Assembly: GCA_041736175.1 (NCBI GenBank)
Contig: JBGSUI010000248.1
Location: 1-18,229 of the forward strand
Origin: Oligoflexales bacterium
GTDB taxonomy: Bacteria; Bdellovibrionota_B; Oligoflexia; Oligoflexales; CAIYRB01
DNA: 18,229 nt
Direction: 5' to 3'
Part shown: piece by piece, positions 8,701 through 16,261 of the stretch
Position numbering within the stretch: the stretch's first letter is position 1
Layout of the letters: the number at the start of each line of letters is the position of its first letter
Program-made: the position numbers and the translations under genes
Notes under the pieces: generated by a model
The model's input: the letters and a program-made list of their open reading frames with translations, nothing else
Told to the model about the DNA's origin: nothing
Database searches by the model: none

Positions 8701-10449
8701 CTTGACCATCTGGTGGAGCTTATAAGCGGCCAAAAAGCAGCGGATCTTATACAAGAGTATTTGCGTCCAATTGGCCCGTCAGAAATCACCTTTAAAGAGG
8801 ACCTTGGGCCCCTCGATGCTTATGGGTCTCTTGATAAGGCAACGCCCCTCCCCGGTGGCCAACTCTGCTTTCCTGGGTTTGCCGCAGGAGCGCGAGGGAC
8901 GGCTAGGGGAATGCTGGAGTTTATGATGCACCTCACACAAGCCTACCAAAACCTTTCAGGCTCGGGGGGCATCAGCCATGACACCGCAGTGACCATGCTC
9001 CAGGGTCGTGACCTGGGGTCGCGGGAGTTTATGGGCTGTGACATGGGCCTCGGGGTTTTTGTCGCCGAAGCTGGACCCAACCGCTTTGCGGTCCACCAAG
9101 GTGCTAACGATGGTTTTCGGGCTCTTACAATCATGGGTTTTCGTGGTCCTGACCAAGGCAAAGGTCTGGTCATCCTCTGCAATGGTGATCAGGACGGAGT
9201 CCCTTTAGTCGCCGATGTGGCCTGCCGGTTGCTGCGCCACCTCGACATCCAAGGGATCGACTTGGGCCGGCTTGGAGTCGTCCCTAAGGGGGTGGACTCC
9301 CCTCGGGATGTACCAGCGGCATCCCGGGTGAATCACGCCTTTAAGGAGCGGATCTTTGCCAGTTTTGAGCCGGATTTGCCCGAGGCGATCAGTGGTCGTC
9401 AGATTCTGAGCCCTTTGGCAGACCAAAACCTCGTCGCCCTTGCCAAGATCCACGCGGTCAGCAACCAAAGATTTGCGGGGGCCGAAAATCTGCTGAGCCC
9501 CTACGAGCCTGTGTTTGATCCCGAGCTTTACGGGCCCCAGGGCAAAGTGATGGATAGCTGGGAATCGGTCCGTCACAATCCCCATGATCGGGATTTTGTG
9601 GAGTTCCGTCTAAACAAAACTTTATTATCTAGTAAGGGCCCGATCTATGCACGGTTTTCCACGGCTTTCCATGACGGTAACCATCCTGACCATGTCCGGG
9701 TGTTGGCGAGAAGCACCCACGAGGACCCCTGGGTCGAGCTGGTGCCTAAACAGTCCATCGGAGGTCATTCACTCCTTCATGTGAAAATCGATCCCCACAA
9801 GGCGCTCAAGACGGAGAGCTTCGACTGGATCCGCGTGGAGATGTTTCCCGATGGGGGGCTCAGTCGATTTGGTCTCTTCCAAGACCTAGCGCCAGAACAA
9901 GCGGCAGAGTTTCTGCCACCAGATCAGGCCCGCTCCCAAAGGCTTAAGGATCCTATCCCCCAAAGTCTCAAACCTCTGGCGATACCCTACAAAGATCTCG
10001 TCAGAAGCGGCACCATTCCAAAACAAGACCTTGACTATGCATCAGCCCTGTCGGGAGCCCAGGTGGTCCGGGCCTCTAACCAGCATTACGGTCCCGCGGA
10101 TCAATTGATCTCTCCCTTTGAGCCGGTCCATATGTTTGATGGACTTGAGACCAAGCGGAGCCGGGTGAGCGGCCATTTTGAAGAGGTGGAGATCAAGCTG
10201 GGAGCCCAGATCGCAGTCAGACGGGTGGTCGCTGACTTTAAATATTTTGTGAATAACAATCCCATGTTTATGAGTTTTTTGGCCTGGCACCAGGATCATT
10301 GGGAGGAGTTTATTCCAAAGACTCCGGTCAAAGGGTTTGCCGGCCTACAAAAAGGCTGGATTTTGGACAAACCTTCCTATACAGACCGCATCCTGGTACG
10401 GATTTACCCTGATGGCGGAGTTCACCGCATCCATGTTTACGAGTCCTAG
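5725..10449 (+). CDS. Four-activity fusion protein: malate synthase - OHCU decarboxylase - beta-lactamase-family serine hydrolase - allantoicase (2 repeats)
   Basis: One uninterrupted 1574-aa ORF (GTG start, GAGG 9 nt upstream). Malate synthase (aa ~140-655): ADHEDS, FYVPKLE, GTIRVLLVLE, GWHDY, GGM, WVAHPD, WLAGNGCV, MDDLATAE. OHCU decarboxylase (aa ~690-825): HGDIG, REQ, YQDKFGFKFLV, KRL. Serine hydrolase (aa ~840-1170): ASLSK, LLSHT, FTYSGGG, HQG..DGF. Allantoicase (aa ~1235-1574): MDSWES.R, GNHP, FPDGGLSR; then MFDGLETKR, YPDGGVHR. Confidence 0.88.
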   Translation: MKSFFEIPSFHDFIPPTLARELLHQAKPVSGVEGLSQVGTGGGLEQSAEALEFLIRIYDTTKHRYQNLLKQRTEDRAFIDQRMKACGMLNDSLGLTPRDERYQTAIGLEDAKGRTVVGALPTTVFYRKGGAPVAPIPKALEGFHVTLFGPPDSAKLAINAMNAYHRQLPGEPEIVAKLLQRNHDLYPIKWGADHEDSKTPIRKALVEAGQNLAACIKGDLSFHDQNSGKTYSILPDKASLPIKRITGLALPCGFLFYKGQPIPLHLYELALHVFHHQARPEALTFYVPKLENEEEAAYLAEVLRTAEELLYKHNSAYQLGTIRVLLVLENARAVFRIHEIMDALDPYFAGASLGWHDYLASTARLFKEDGNYRIPSKSDPHIVINHIKESHRLLADVVGSRGGIKIGGMYGVLPMDTDLKSPSFQVALRGFFKDVITQLKRDLTGFWVAHPDFARIGLALVEAWKLRLQDDGLALNNFIEALLLPDDAQAIKHWVVSGDSTGELNRSDPRYPLALLAADGVKPASLPNHDPETVRYNVFQSLQYLTDWLAGNGCVALPTTIDRQNVRVMDDLATAERSRWEVWHEVYHGRFKPEELIKIAFEELQFIRKNHESPTKKPQVRWDSRTQKWYPIALRLMLKLMTATKPPEFATELLLPFTVDLIRDSKDPWQRARELCPQRYQLDAQIQRMLTAFEACGTRGFARQMAELGVYDPAQVETIISGFSVAEISEAAFFHGDIGAAKDQLDEAAAREQALAQKGDLHTMEQLRQLGKAYQDKFGFKFLVSAEGRRAEGLLEILKARLMQTSDQEMAEARKALIAITQKRLGSLEQNQVLKDLQTLHQQSAVPGLAVAVTLGREVQSLCFGELINGASGASAVRPGTRFQLASLSKTIAAAFCLEFFSQHKIPLETSVQSLLKKYKSPWSLPAPTSQPLWAEQVTLSHLLSHTALSIHYVKGYPQKAGHPPLTDLLPSVEIIAQPGTQFTYSGGGFLVLDHLVELISGQKAADLIQEYLRPIGPSEITFKEDLGPLDAYGSLDKATPLPGGQLCFPGFAAGARGTARGMLEFMMHLTQAYQNLSGSGGISHDTAVTMLQGRDLGSREFMGCDMGLGVFVAEAGPNRFAVHQGANDGFRALTIMGFRGPDQGKGLVILCNGDQDGVPLVADVACRLLRHLDIQGIDLGRLGVVPKGVDSPRDVPAASRVNHAFKERIFASFEPDLPEAISGRQILSPLADQNLVALAKIHAVSNQRFAGAENLLSPYEPVFDPELYGPQGKVMDSWESVRHNPHDRDFVEFRLNKTLLSSKGPIYARFSTAFHDGNHPDHVRVLARSTHEDPWVELVPKQSIGGHSLLHVKIDPHKALKTESFDWIRVEMFPDGGLSRFGLFQDLAPEQAAEFLPPDQARSQRLKDPIPQSLKPLAIPYKDLVRSGTIPKQDLDYASALSGAQVVRASNQHYGPADQLISPFEPVHMFDGLETKRSRVSGHFEEVEIKLGAQIAVRRVVADFKYFVNNNPMFMSFLAWHQDHWEEFIPKTPVKGFAGLQKGWILDKPSYTDRILVRIYPDGGVHRIHVYES

Positions 10450-10457
10450 ATCCGTTA

Positions 10458-10493
10458 AGAATCAGTGGAGAATCAGTTCAGAATCAGTGGAGA
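10458..10493. repeat. 11-bp tandem repeat x3 (AGAATCAGTGG/AGAATCAGTTC/AGAATCAGTGG) supplying the xdh RBS
   Basis: Read directly. The end of the last unit gives GGAG 7 nt before ATG 10500. Confidence 0.85.
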
Positions 10494-10499
10494 CGAACC

Positions 10500-13400
10500 A
10501 TGAACGCACGAGATTATGTGCTGCTCTATATCAACGGCAAAAGGCATCAGGTCCGCGGCCCCCTGGTTTTTAAGAGCCTAGCCCATTTTCTCCGGGAGGA
10601 TCTGCAGCTGACGGGGACCAAGCTCGTCTGCGAGGAGGGGGATTGTGGTTCCTGTACCGTGCTGATGGCGCGTCTATACCAAGATGATCGCTCTGGTCAT
10701 AAAAAGCCTGCCTACAAACCCATCAATGCCTGCATTATGCCCATGCGCCTGGCGGATCTAACGTCCATCGTCACTGTCGAAGGGCTTTCGACCATCGACG
10801 ACAGGGGCCAGCGCTGCTTAAGCCCTGTCCAAGAGGCTCTAGTCAAACACCATGGGAGCCAATGCGGGTTTTGTACACCTGGTTTTGTTTGTGCCATCAC
10901 CGGTCTCTATGAATCCAAGACTTCTCCCACCATCCAAGAGATCAAAAACTCTTGCACCGGTAACCTGTGTCGCTGCACTGGCTACGAGGGAATTATCGAG
11001 GCTGCCCAGAACGTGGACTTGAGCCGCTATACTAAAGTCCAAGACCGCTATATGAGTCCCGCCATGCTCGCTGATGGCAAACTTGCAGCCGCCCTCCCTG
11101 TGCGGATCAGCACGACTAGACAGGAGTTTCATCGACCTGTATCCGTGGAAGAGGCCCTTGCGATCCTCCACGCCCATCCCGATGGCAAGATCTACGGAGG
11201 GGCTACGGATTTAGGGGTGTTGCTAAATAAACGCCCCGAAAAAATGAGTCCCCAAGGGGTCTCCCACAGCATCTCCCACAGCATCTCCCTCGCCGGGATC
11301 GCAGCTTTTTCTGAAATCCGCGAAATCCCGGGAAACTTCCCGGCAAACATCCCGGGAAACATTCAACCTGGCCGAATCCTTGAGGTTGGAGCCCTGGTGA
11401 CGATCGATGAATTCGAAAAATCCCTGGTCCAAAAGATCCCCGAGCTTAGCCGCTACCTTCATCTGTTTGCGTCGCCGCAAATCAAAAACATCGGAACCGT
11501 GGTCGGCAACATCGCCAATGGCTCACCCATCGGCGACACGATGCCGCCGCTGCTCGCTCTCGATGCCCGCCTGTTAGTCGTAAGCTACGAACATCCACAG
11601 GGCCGGGAGATTCCCCTTAAGGACTTTTACCTAGGCTATAAACAGCGGGATCTAAAGCCTGGTGAGTTGATAAGCAAGCTATTAATTCCGCTGCCTGAGG
11701 GGATCGATTCTGACCAACAATTGTTTTTTCGCGCCTTTAAAATCTCAAAACGTAAGGATCTAGATATCTCCAGTGTCACGGCCGCATTTCGCCTCAAGGT
11801 AAGCGGCGACAGGTCCCCAGCCCCAAAGATCACCAAGGCTCGTATTGCCTTGGGGGGAGTGGCTGCCACGCCAGTTCGTATAGAGGGCTTGGAAGCAAAA
11901 CTTCTGGGCCTCACCATCGAACAGGCCGTCACCGCAATCACCTATGACGATCTGGTCTCGGTGGTGAAGCCCATCAGCGACCTACGGGGCCAAGCAGCTT
12001 ACCGGACTGAGATGGTAGGACGTCTTTTGCAGCGTTTTTGGACTGATATCACAAGTCCAACGGCCCTCTCCCCGGCGAGCCCGCCCCTTCGACAAACCCC
12101 CGTGTCTCTACAGACTCAGGACCGGCCCCTTGCCGCCCATCCCAGCCACGACTCGGCCCGTTCCCATACGGCGGGTACGTCGGTTTATCTGGAAGACCAA
12201 GCGCCGGTGCAGGGGGAGGTCTACGTGGCACTTGTGCCAAGTCCTGTGGCCCATGGCATTCTGCTAGATCTGAATTTCGACGAGGCTCTCCAGGTGGAAG
12301 GAGTCATCGCCGACTTTACAGCCCAGGATCTCCCTGCTGGATTTCACAATCGTTGGGGAGCGATTGTGGATGATCAACCAGTTTTGGCACACAAGGAGCT
12401 AAACTACCTGGGCGAACCTGTCGCCCTGATCGCTGCCACCACTAAACAAGCTGCTCGGGAAGCGGCCCGTCTGGTTAAAGTCAAGGTCCAGGCCCTGCCG
12501 CCGGTCTTGACGATCGAGGGAGCTAAAGCAGCCCAATCGTTCTTTCTACCAGAGCCCTTGGTTATGGCTACGGGCGACTGTGAGGCAGGATTTTTAGCCG
12601 CGGATCATGTGCTGGAAGGCTGTTTTATAAACAAGGGACAGGATCACTTTTATCTGGAATCCCAAAGCTGCATCGTCTACCCCGGCGAAGACGATGACCT
12701 GATGATCCACTCGTCGACCCAACACCCGTCGGAGGTGCAGCACCAGGTCGCCCATTTTCTGGGGATACCGCTCCATAAAGTCGTCTGCACCGTCAAGCGG
12801 ATGGGAGGAGCCTTTGGGGGCAAGGAATCCCAGGCGACCCATTTTGCGGCCTTGGCGGCCTTGGTGGCCTTTAAGCTTAAGAGAGTGGCTAGGCTTCACC
12901 TTACAAAAGATGAAGACATGGAGTGGACTGGTAAACGCCACGGGTTTAGCAGCCCCTGGAAGGTCGGGTTTACCAAGAGCGGTCAGATTATCGCCCTTAA
13001 AGCCTCTCTGTTTAGCGACGGTGGAGCCTACCTCGACCTGTCGCAGCCGGTAATGCAGCGGGCCATGCTGCATATCGACAACGCTTATTATATTCCAAAC
13101 CTCATGGTGGAAGGCCAGATTTGTAGGACTCACCAACCTCCTAACACCGCCTTTCGTGGGTTTGGAGGTCCCCAGGGGGTTGCCTTGATTGAAAGTGTGA
13201 TCGAGGAGATTGCATTCTGTCTTAAGATGGATCCACTCGATGTACGGATGACCAATCTCTATGGCACCGAAACCCGCAACACCACCCATTATGGCCAAAC
13301 GGTATCTCCCCATGCCTTAGAGGAGTTGTTTAGTCTGTTAGTCCATGACTGTGCCTACCGGCAAAGACAGCAGGAGATCGCCCGCCATAATCAAACAAAT

Positions 13401-14525
13401 CGTTCGATCCTACGCTCGCTCTCCTTGACTCCCGTTAAGTTTGGGATCTCCTTTACGGTCAAACACCTTAACCAAGGCAACGCCCTGATCAACATCCAAC
13501 GGGATGGCAGCATCCAGGTCTCCACAGGCGCCACGGAGATGGGCCAGGGGGTGCAAACCAAGCTTTCCCAGATCGTCGCCCAGGTCTTTGGAATCAGCAC
13601 AGACTTAGTCCGCATCATGCCAACCTCGACCGAAAAAAACCATAACACTTCGGCGACGGCCGCCTCGGCCGGCACCGATATCAATGGCTTTGCAGCCCTG
13701 AACGCTGCGAACCAAATCAAAAAACGCCTTATGGCCCTCGCAGCCTATCTGTTGACCACGAGTCCTCGTCCTAATCCCTGGACCGTCACCAAGGACTTCG
13801 ATGGAGATGTTTGGTTGCAGCAAACCGAGATCCTCGACCGAGTGATTTTTCACGACGGGTGGGTCTGCTTAGATCATCCATCGGGTGAGACCAAACAACA
13901 AAACAAAATAAAATTTTGTGAACTGACCGAATCCGCCTACTTGTTTCGGGTACCCCTAGGGGCTTACGGAACCTACGAGACCCCAGGGATTTATTTTGAC
14001 CGCCAAAAAGGCCGAGGCCATCCTTTTTACTATTTTACCTGTGGCGTGGCTGCCAGTGAAGTTAGTATCGATCGCACCAGCGGTGAGGTCAAAGTCCTCA
14101 GGACAGATATCCTGATGGATCTTGGCCGACCTATCAATCCCGCGATCGATCGTGGCCAGGTGGTGGGTGCTTTTGTCCAAGGGCTTGGCTGGGTGTGTAT
14201 CGAAGACTTGATCGTCGGGGAGGATGGTCGGGTGCTGACCCATTCACCCACGACCTACAAGATCCCCAATATCCACGATATCCCACGGGTGCTCAATGTG
14301 GGGTTTTTACAAAAACCACGGGGTGGTGCCAGTATCCGCGGCAGCAAAGCAGTCGGCGAGCCGCCGCTTCTCTTAGCACTGAGTGTCTTTACGGCGATTA
14401 AACAAGCTCTTCAGCAGCATTCACAGGAGAGAGTCCCTCTGCCGCTACCTGCGACCCAAGAGCAAATCTTACCCTACCTTTCTCCTAGAGTGTCTTCGAG
14501 TGAGGTCAAATGTCCTGGAACTTAG
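10500..14525 (+). CDS. xdhAB: Xanthine dehydrogenase, fused XdhA (2x[2Fe-2S] + FAD) - XdhB (molybdopterin) single chain
   Basis: [2Fe-2S] motifs CEEGDCGSC..C and QCGFC...CRC. FAD region GGATDL and FASPQIKN.GT..GNIANGSPIGD. Moco region QDHFYLE, STQHP, GGAFGGKESQ, QRAMLH, TAFRGFGGPQG, EMGQG, SATAASAG, and catalytic SKAVGEPP. Confidence 0.95.
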   Translation: MNARDYVLLYINGKRHQVRGPLVFKSLAHFLREDLQLTGTKLVCEEGDCGSCTVLMARLYQDDRSGHKKPAYKPINACIMPMRLADLTSIVTVEGLSTIDDRGQRCLSPVQEALVKHHGSQCGFCTPGFVCAITGLYESKTSPTIQEIKNSCTGNLCRCTGYEGIIEAAQNVDLSRYTKVQDRYMSPAMLADGKLAAALPVRISTTRQEFHRPVSVEEALAILHAHPDGKIYGGATDLGVLLNKRPEKMSPQGVSHSISHSISLAGIAAFSEIREIPGNFPANIPGNIQPGRILEVGALVTIDEFEKSLVQKIPELSRYLHLFASPQIKNIGTVVGNIANGSPIGDTMPPLLALDARLLVVSYEHPQGREIPLKDFYLGYKQRDLKPGELISKLLIPLPEGIDSDQQLFFRAFKISKRKDLDISSVTAAFRLKVSGDRSPAPKITKARIALGGVAATPVRIEGLEAKLLGLTIEQAVTAITYDDLVSVVKPISDLRGQAAYRTEMVGRLLQRFWTDITSPTALSPASPPLRQTPVSLQTQDRPLAAHPSHDSARSHTAGTSVYLEDQAPVQGEVYVALVPSPVAHGILLDLNFDEALQVEGVIADFTAQDLPAGFHNRWGAIVDDQPVLAHKELNYLGEPVALIAATTKQAAREAARLVKVKVQALPPVLTIEGAKAAQSFFLPEPLVMATGDCEAGFLAADHVLEGCFINKGQDHFYLESQSCIVYPGEDDDLMIHSSTQHPSEVQHQVAHFLGIPLHKVVCTVKRMGGAFGGKESQATHFAALAALVAFKLKRVARLHLTKDEDMEWTGKRHGFSSPWKVGFTKSGQIIALKASLFSDGGAYLDLSQPVMQRAMLHIDNAYYIPNLMVEGQICRTHQPPNTAFRGFGGPQGVALIESVIEEIAFCLKMDPLDVRMTNLYGTETRNTTHYGQTVSPHALEELFSLLVHDCAYRQRQQEIARHNQTNRSILRSLSLTPVKFGISFTVKHLNQGNALINIQRDGSIQVSTGATEMGQGVQTKLSQIVAQVFGISTDLVRIMPTSTEKNHNTSATAASAGTDINGFAALNAANQIKKRLMALAAYLLTTSPRPNPWTVTKDFDGDVWLQQTEILDRVIFHDGWVCLDHPSGETKQQNKIKFCELTESAYLFRVPLGAYGTYETPGIYFDRQKGRGHPFYYFTCGVAASEVSIDRTSGEVKVLRTDILMDLGRPINPAIDRGQVVGAFVQGLGWVCIEDLIVGEDGRVLTHSPTTYKIPNIHDIPRVLNVGFLQKPRGGASIRGSKAVGEPPLLLALSVFTAIKQALQQHSQERVPLPLPATQEQILPYLSPRVSSSEVKCPGT
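11260..11360 (+). repeat. Two in-frame 12-bp tandem repeats in the XDH FAD domain
   Basis: TCTCCCACAGCA x2.5 (11260-11289; SHSISHSIS) and ATCCCGGGAAAC/TTCCCGGCAAAC/ATCCCGGGAAAC (11325-11360; IPGN-FPAN-IPGN). Confidence 0.8.
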
Positions 14526-15304
14526 CCTTTCACGGATTATTGCAGCAGCTCATCGAGTCCAGAACCCCCTTTGTGATGGTCACACTGGTGGATGTCCTGC
14601 TAAGTGCGCCCCAGGAGGTGGGTGCCAAGCTCCTCGTGACATCCCAAGGTCTTTTCGGCGGAACCATCGGTGGTGGCAAACTGGAAGCCGCCGCGATCCG
14701 GGAGTCCCTAAGCCTGCTGGCCTGTGAGGGATCGCCTCCACAGATCGTAAACAGAAATATGCTCATGCGACTCAACCTCAAGGGGGATCTGGGGATGACC
14801 TGTGGCGGGGAGGTGAGCCTTTTTTTTGAGGCACAACTCTATAGCCAATGGAAAATCGCTATTTTTGGTGCCGGCCATGTATCCCAGGCCCTTGTGCGGG
14901 TGCTTCTGAGCCTCGAGTGCCAGCTGACGGTGATAGACGAACGTCAGGACTGGCTGGATAAGTTGCCACAGGACCCTAAACTCACCAAGGTGTGTTTAAC
15001 CCCCCTTGCGGCCTTTGTCCCGAAGCTGGCCGAGGACACCTTTGTGATCTCTATGACCCAGGGACACAGCCATGATCTGCCCGTAATCCATGCGGTGCTC
15101 GATGGATGGATGCCGCCATACCTTGGGGTGATCGGCAGCGACTCCAAGGCTCGGGTCATCAAGCGTGATCTCAAGGGGCTTGGAGTGCCCGAGGACCGCA
15201 TCCAGCAGATAAGGTGCCCCATAGGTCTCACCTTAGGGTCCCGCAGCCCCAACGAAATCGCGATCAGCATCGCTGCCCAGCTGCTGATGGTGCGAGGGGG
15301 CTGA
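14510..15304 (+). CDS. xdhC: Xanthine dehydrogenase accessory (Moco chaperone) protein XdhC
   Basis: 'SAPQEVGAK', 'GTIGGGKLE', 'LGMTCGG', 'IFGAGHVS', 'YLGVIGS.SK', 'CPIGL...PNEIAISIAAQLL'. Overlaps the end of xdhAB by 16 nt. Confidence 0.96.
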   Translation: MSWNLAFHGLLQQLIESRTPFVMVTLVDVLLSAPQEVGAKLLVTSQGLFGGTIGGGKLEAAAIRESLSLLACEGSPPQIVNRNMLMRLNLKGDLGMTCGGEVSLFFEAQLYSQWKIAIFGAGHVSQALVRVLLSLECQLTVIDERQDWLDKLPQDPKLTKVCLTPLAAFVPKLAEDTFVISMTQGHSHDLPVIHAVLDGWMPPYLGVIGSDSKARVIKRDLKGLGVPEDRIQQIRCPIGLTLGSRSPNEIAISIAAQLLMVRGG

Positions 15305-15361
15305 TTTTTTTCATCAATATGGTCATAGGTCTCTAGAACCCAAGGTCCGACCCGCTATAGT

Positions 15362-15639
15362 CTATTTGGTAATACTGACTATGTAGATTTTGTCTGCGGG
15401 CGGAGGATCGTAATCGTAATGCACTTGATACTTTTTTCTCGTCGTCATCATTACTCGACGTCCGTTTATTTGACTCATCGTAGGTGAGCCTTGATTTGGA
15501 TTAGAGGCTGCTCGGGCGATAGCATTTTCGACTAATTTTAAATAGTCTTCCATTGCCAAATACCCATGGTCATTCAATAGGGTATAGCCCATTCTTCGTG
15601 CAATTGGTATGCTATAGGGTCCCACAATACTGTTACCAT
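15362..15639 (-). pseudogene. ParE/RelE-like toxin gene with a 1-nt frameshift
   Basis: An ATG at 15639 overlaps the antitoxin stop (TGATG) and reads MVTVLWDPIAYQLHEEWAIPY-stop. The -1 frame continues LLNDHGYLAMEDYLKLVENAIARAASNPNQG...RRV...KYQVHYDY....IYIVSITK. Joined, the two give a ~92-aa ParE/RelE-like pattern. Confidence 0.65.
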
Positions 15640-15917
15640 CAAAGTTTTTCTTCTTCTGCCAAAAACTTCTCGTGTTTAGCTTTCAAGGTTCTCGCTATCT
15701 CCACTGCAGATGGTGCTTCGAAAGCCCTGGTTTTGTCTGCCAAAGATTCATAGCTGGCAAGCCTAGACACGAGATCGAGATAATGTTGCTGAGTCATAAG
15801 AACCCTGATTGGCCCGTTCTTGTGCATTACCTGCAATACATTCTTACCAGTCACCTTTTCCATGTTTTCCTTTAAATTGTCTCGTAGATTTGTAGCTTTT
15901 ACCGAATCTATAAACAT
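15639..15917 (-). CDS. Phd/YefM-like antitoxin
   Basis: 'MFIDSVKATNLRDNLKENMEKV....LQVMHKNGPIRVLMTQQHY..L' resembles the Phd/YefM N-terminal fold. The start is placed at ATG 15917, after SD AAAGGAG; the ORF track gives 15962. Confidence 0.7.
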   Translation of the reverse strand: MFIDSVKATNLRDNLKENMEKVTGKNVLQVMHKNGPIRVLMTQQHYLDLVSRLASYESLADKTRAFEAPSAVEIARTLKAKHEKFLAEEEKL

Positions 15918-15967
15918 TTTTAACTCCTTTCTTTGGAGTAAATTGACGGCAAGTGCCATCACGGTTA

Positions 15968-15996
15968 ACTGTACGTTTAATCGGACGTTTTGTCAA
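15968..15996 (-). promoter_or_regulatory. Sigma70 promoter of the Phd/ParE-like operon with repeated AAACGT boxes
   Basis: On the minus strand: TTGACA, 17 bp, TACAGT. The units AAACGTCCGATT / AAACGTACAGTT / AACCGT recur at a 12-bp period over the spacer and the -10. Confidence 0.7.
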
Positions 15997-16261
15997 AAAA
16001 CTTTAGAGACCAACTGTAATCATTAGATATTACTGTTATTTTATTAATTCGTAAGACATCCATGTAAAAAGCTTAGATTTGCGTCCCCACAATCTAGAAG
16101 GGCTCTCGCGTATTCATTTTTTCTCTTTACCAGTTTCGAATTAGGCAATTACCTCTTTGAACTGAAGATAAAATCAATAGGCTTCATATTTTATGTGGGC
16201 CTAGTCAAGCCTACTCATTCGCGGCAAGATTTTTATCACCAATCTGAATTTTGTATGCAGG

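Noticed and set aside
8230..9250. Antibiotic-resistance beta-lactamase
   Set aside because: The domain is internal to a cytoplasmic metabolic fusion, has no signal peptide, and has YSG/HQG rather than the YxN/KTG of class C enzymes. The fold alone does not imply resistance.
10458..10493. CRISPR-like array
   Set aside because: The units are 11 bp and directly adjacent, with no spacers and no cas genes.
16020..16260. AT-rich spacer as a degraded gene or ncRNA
   Set aside because: I found only short ORFs without motifs and no convincing structure.
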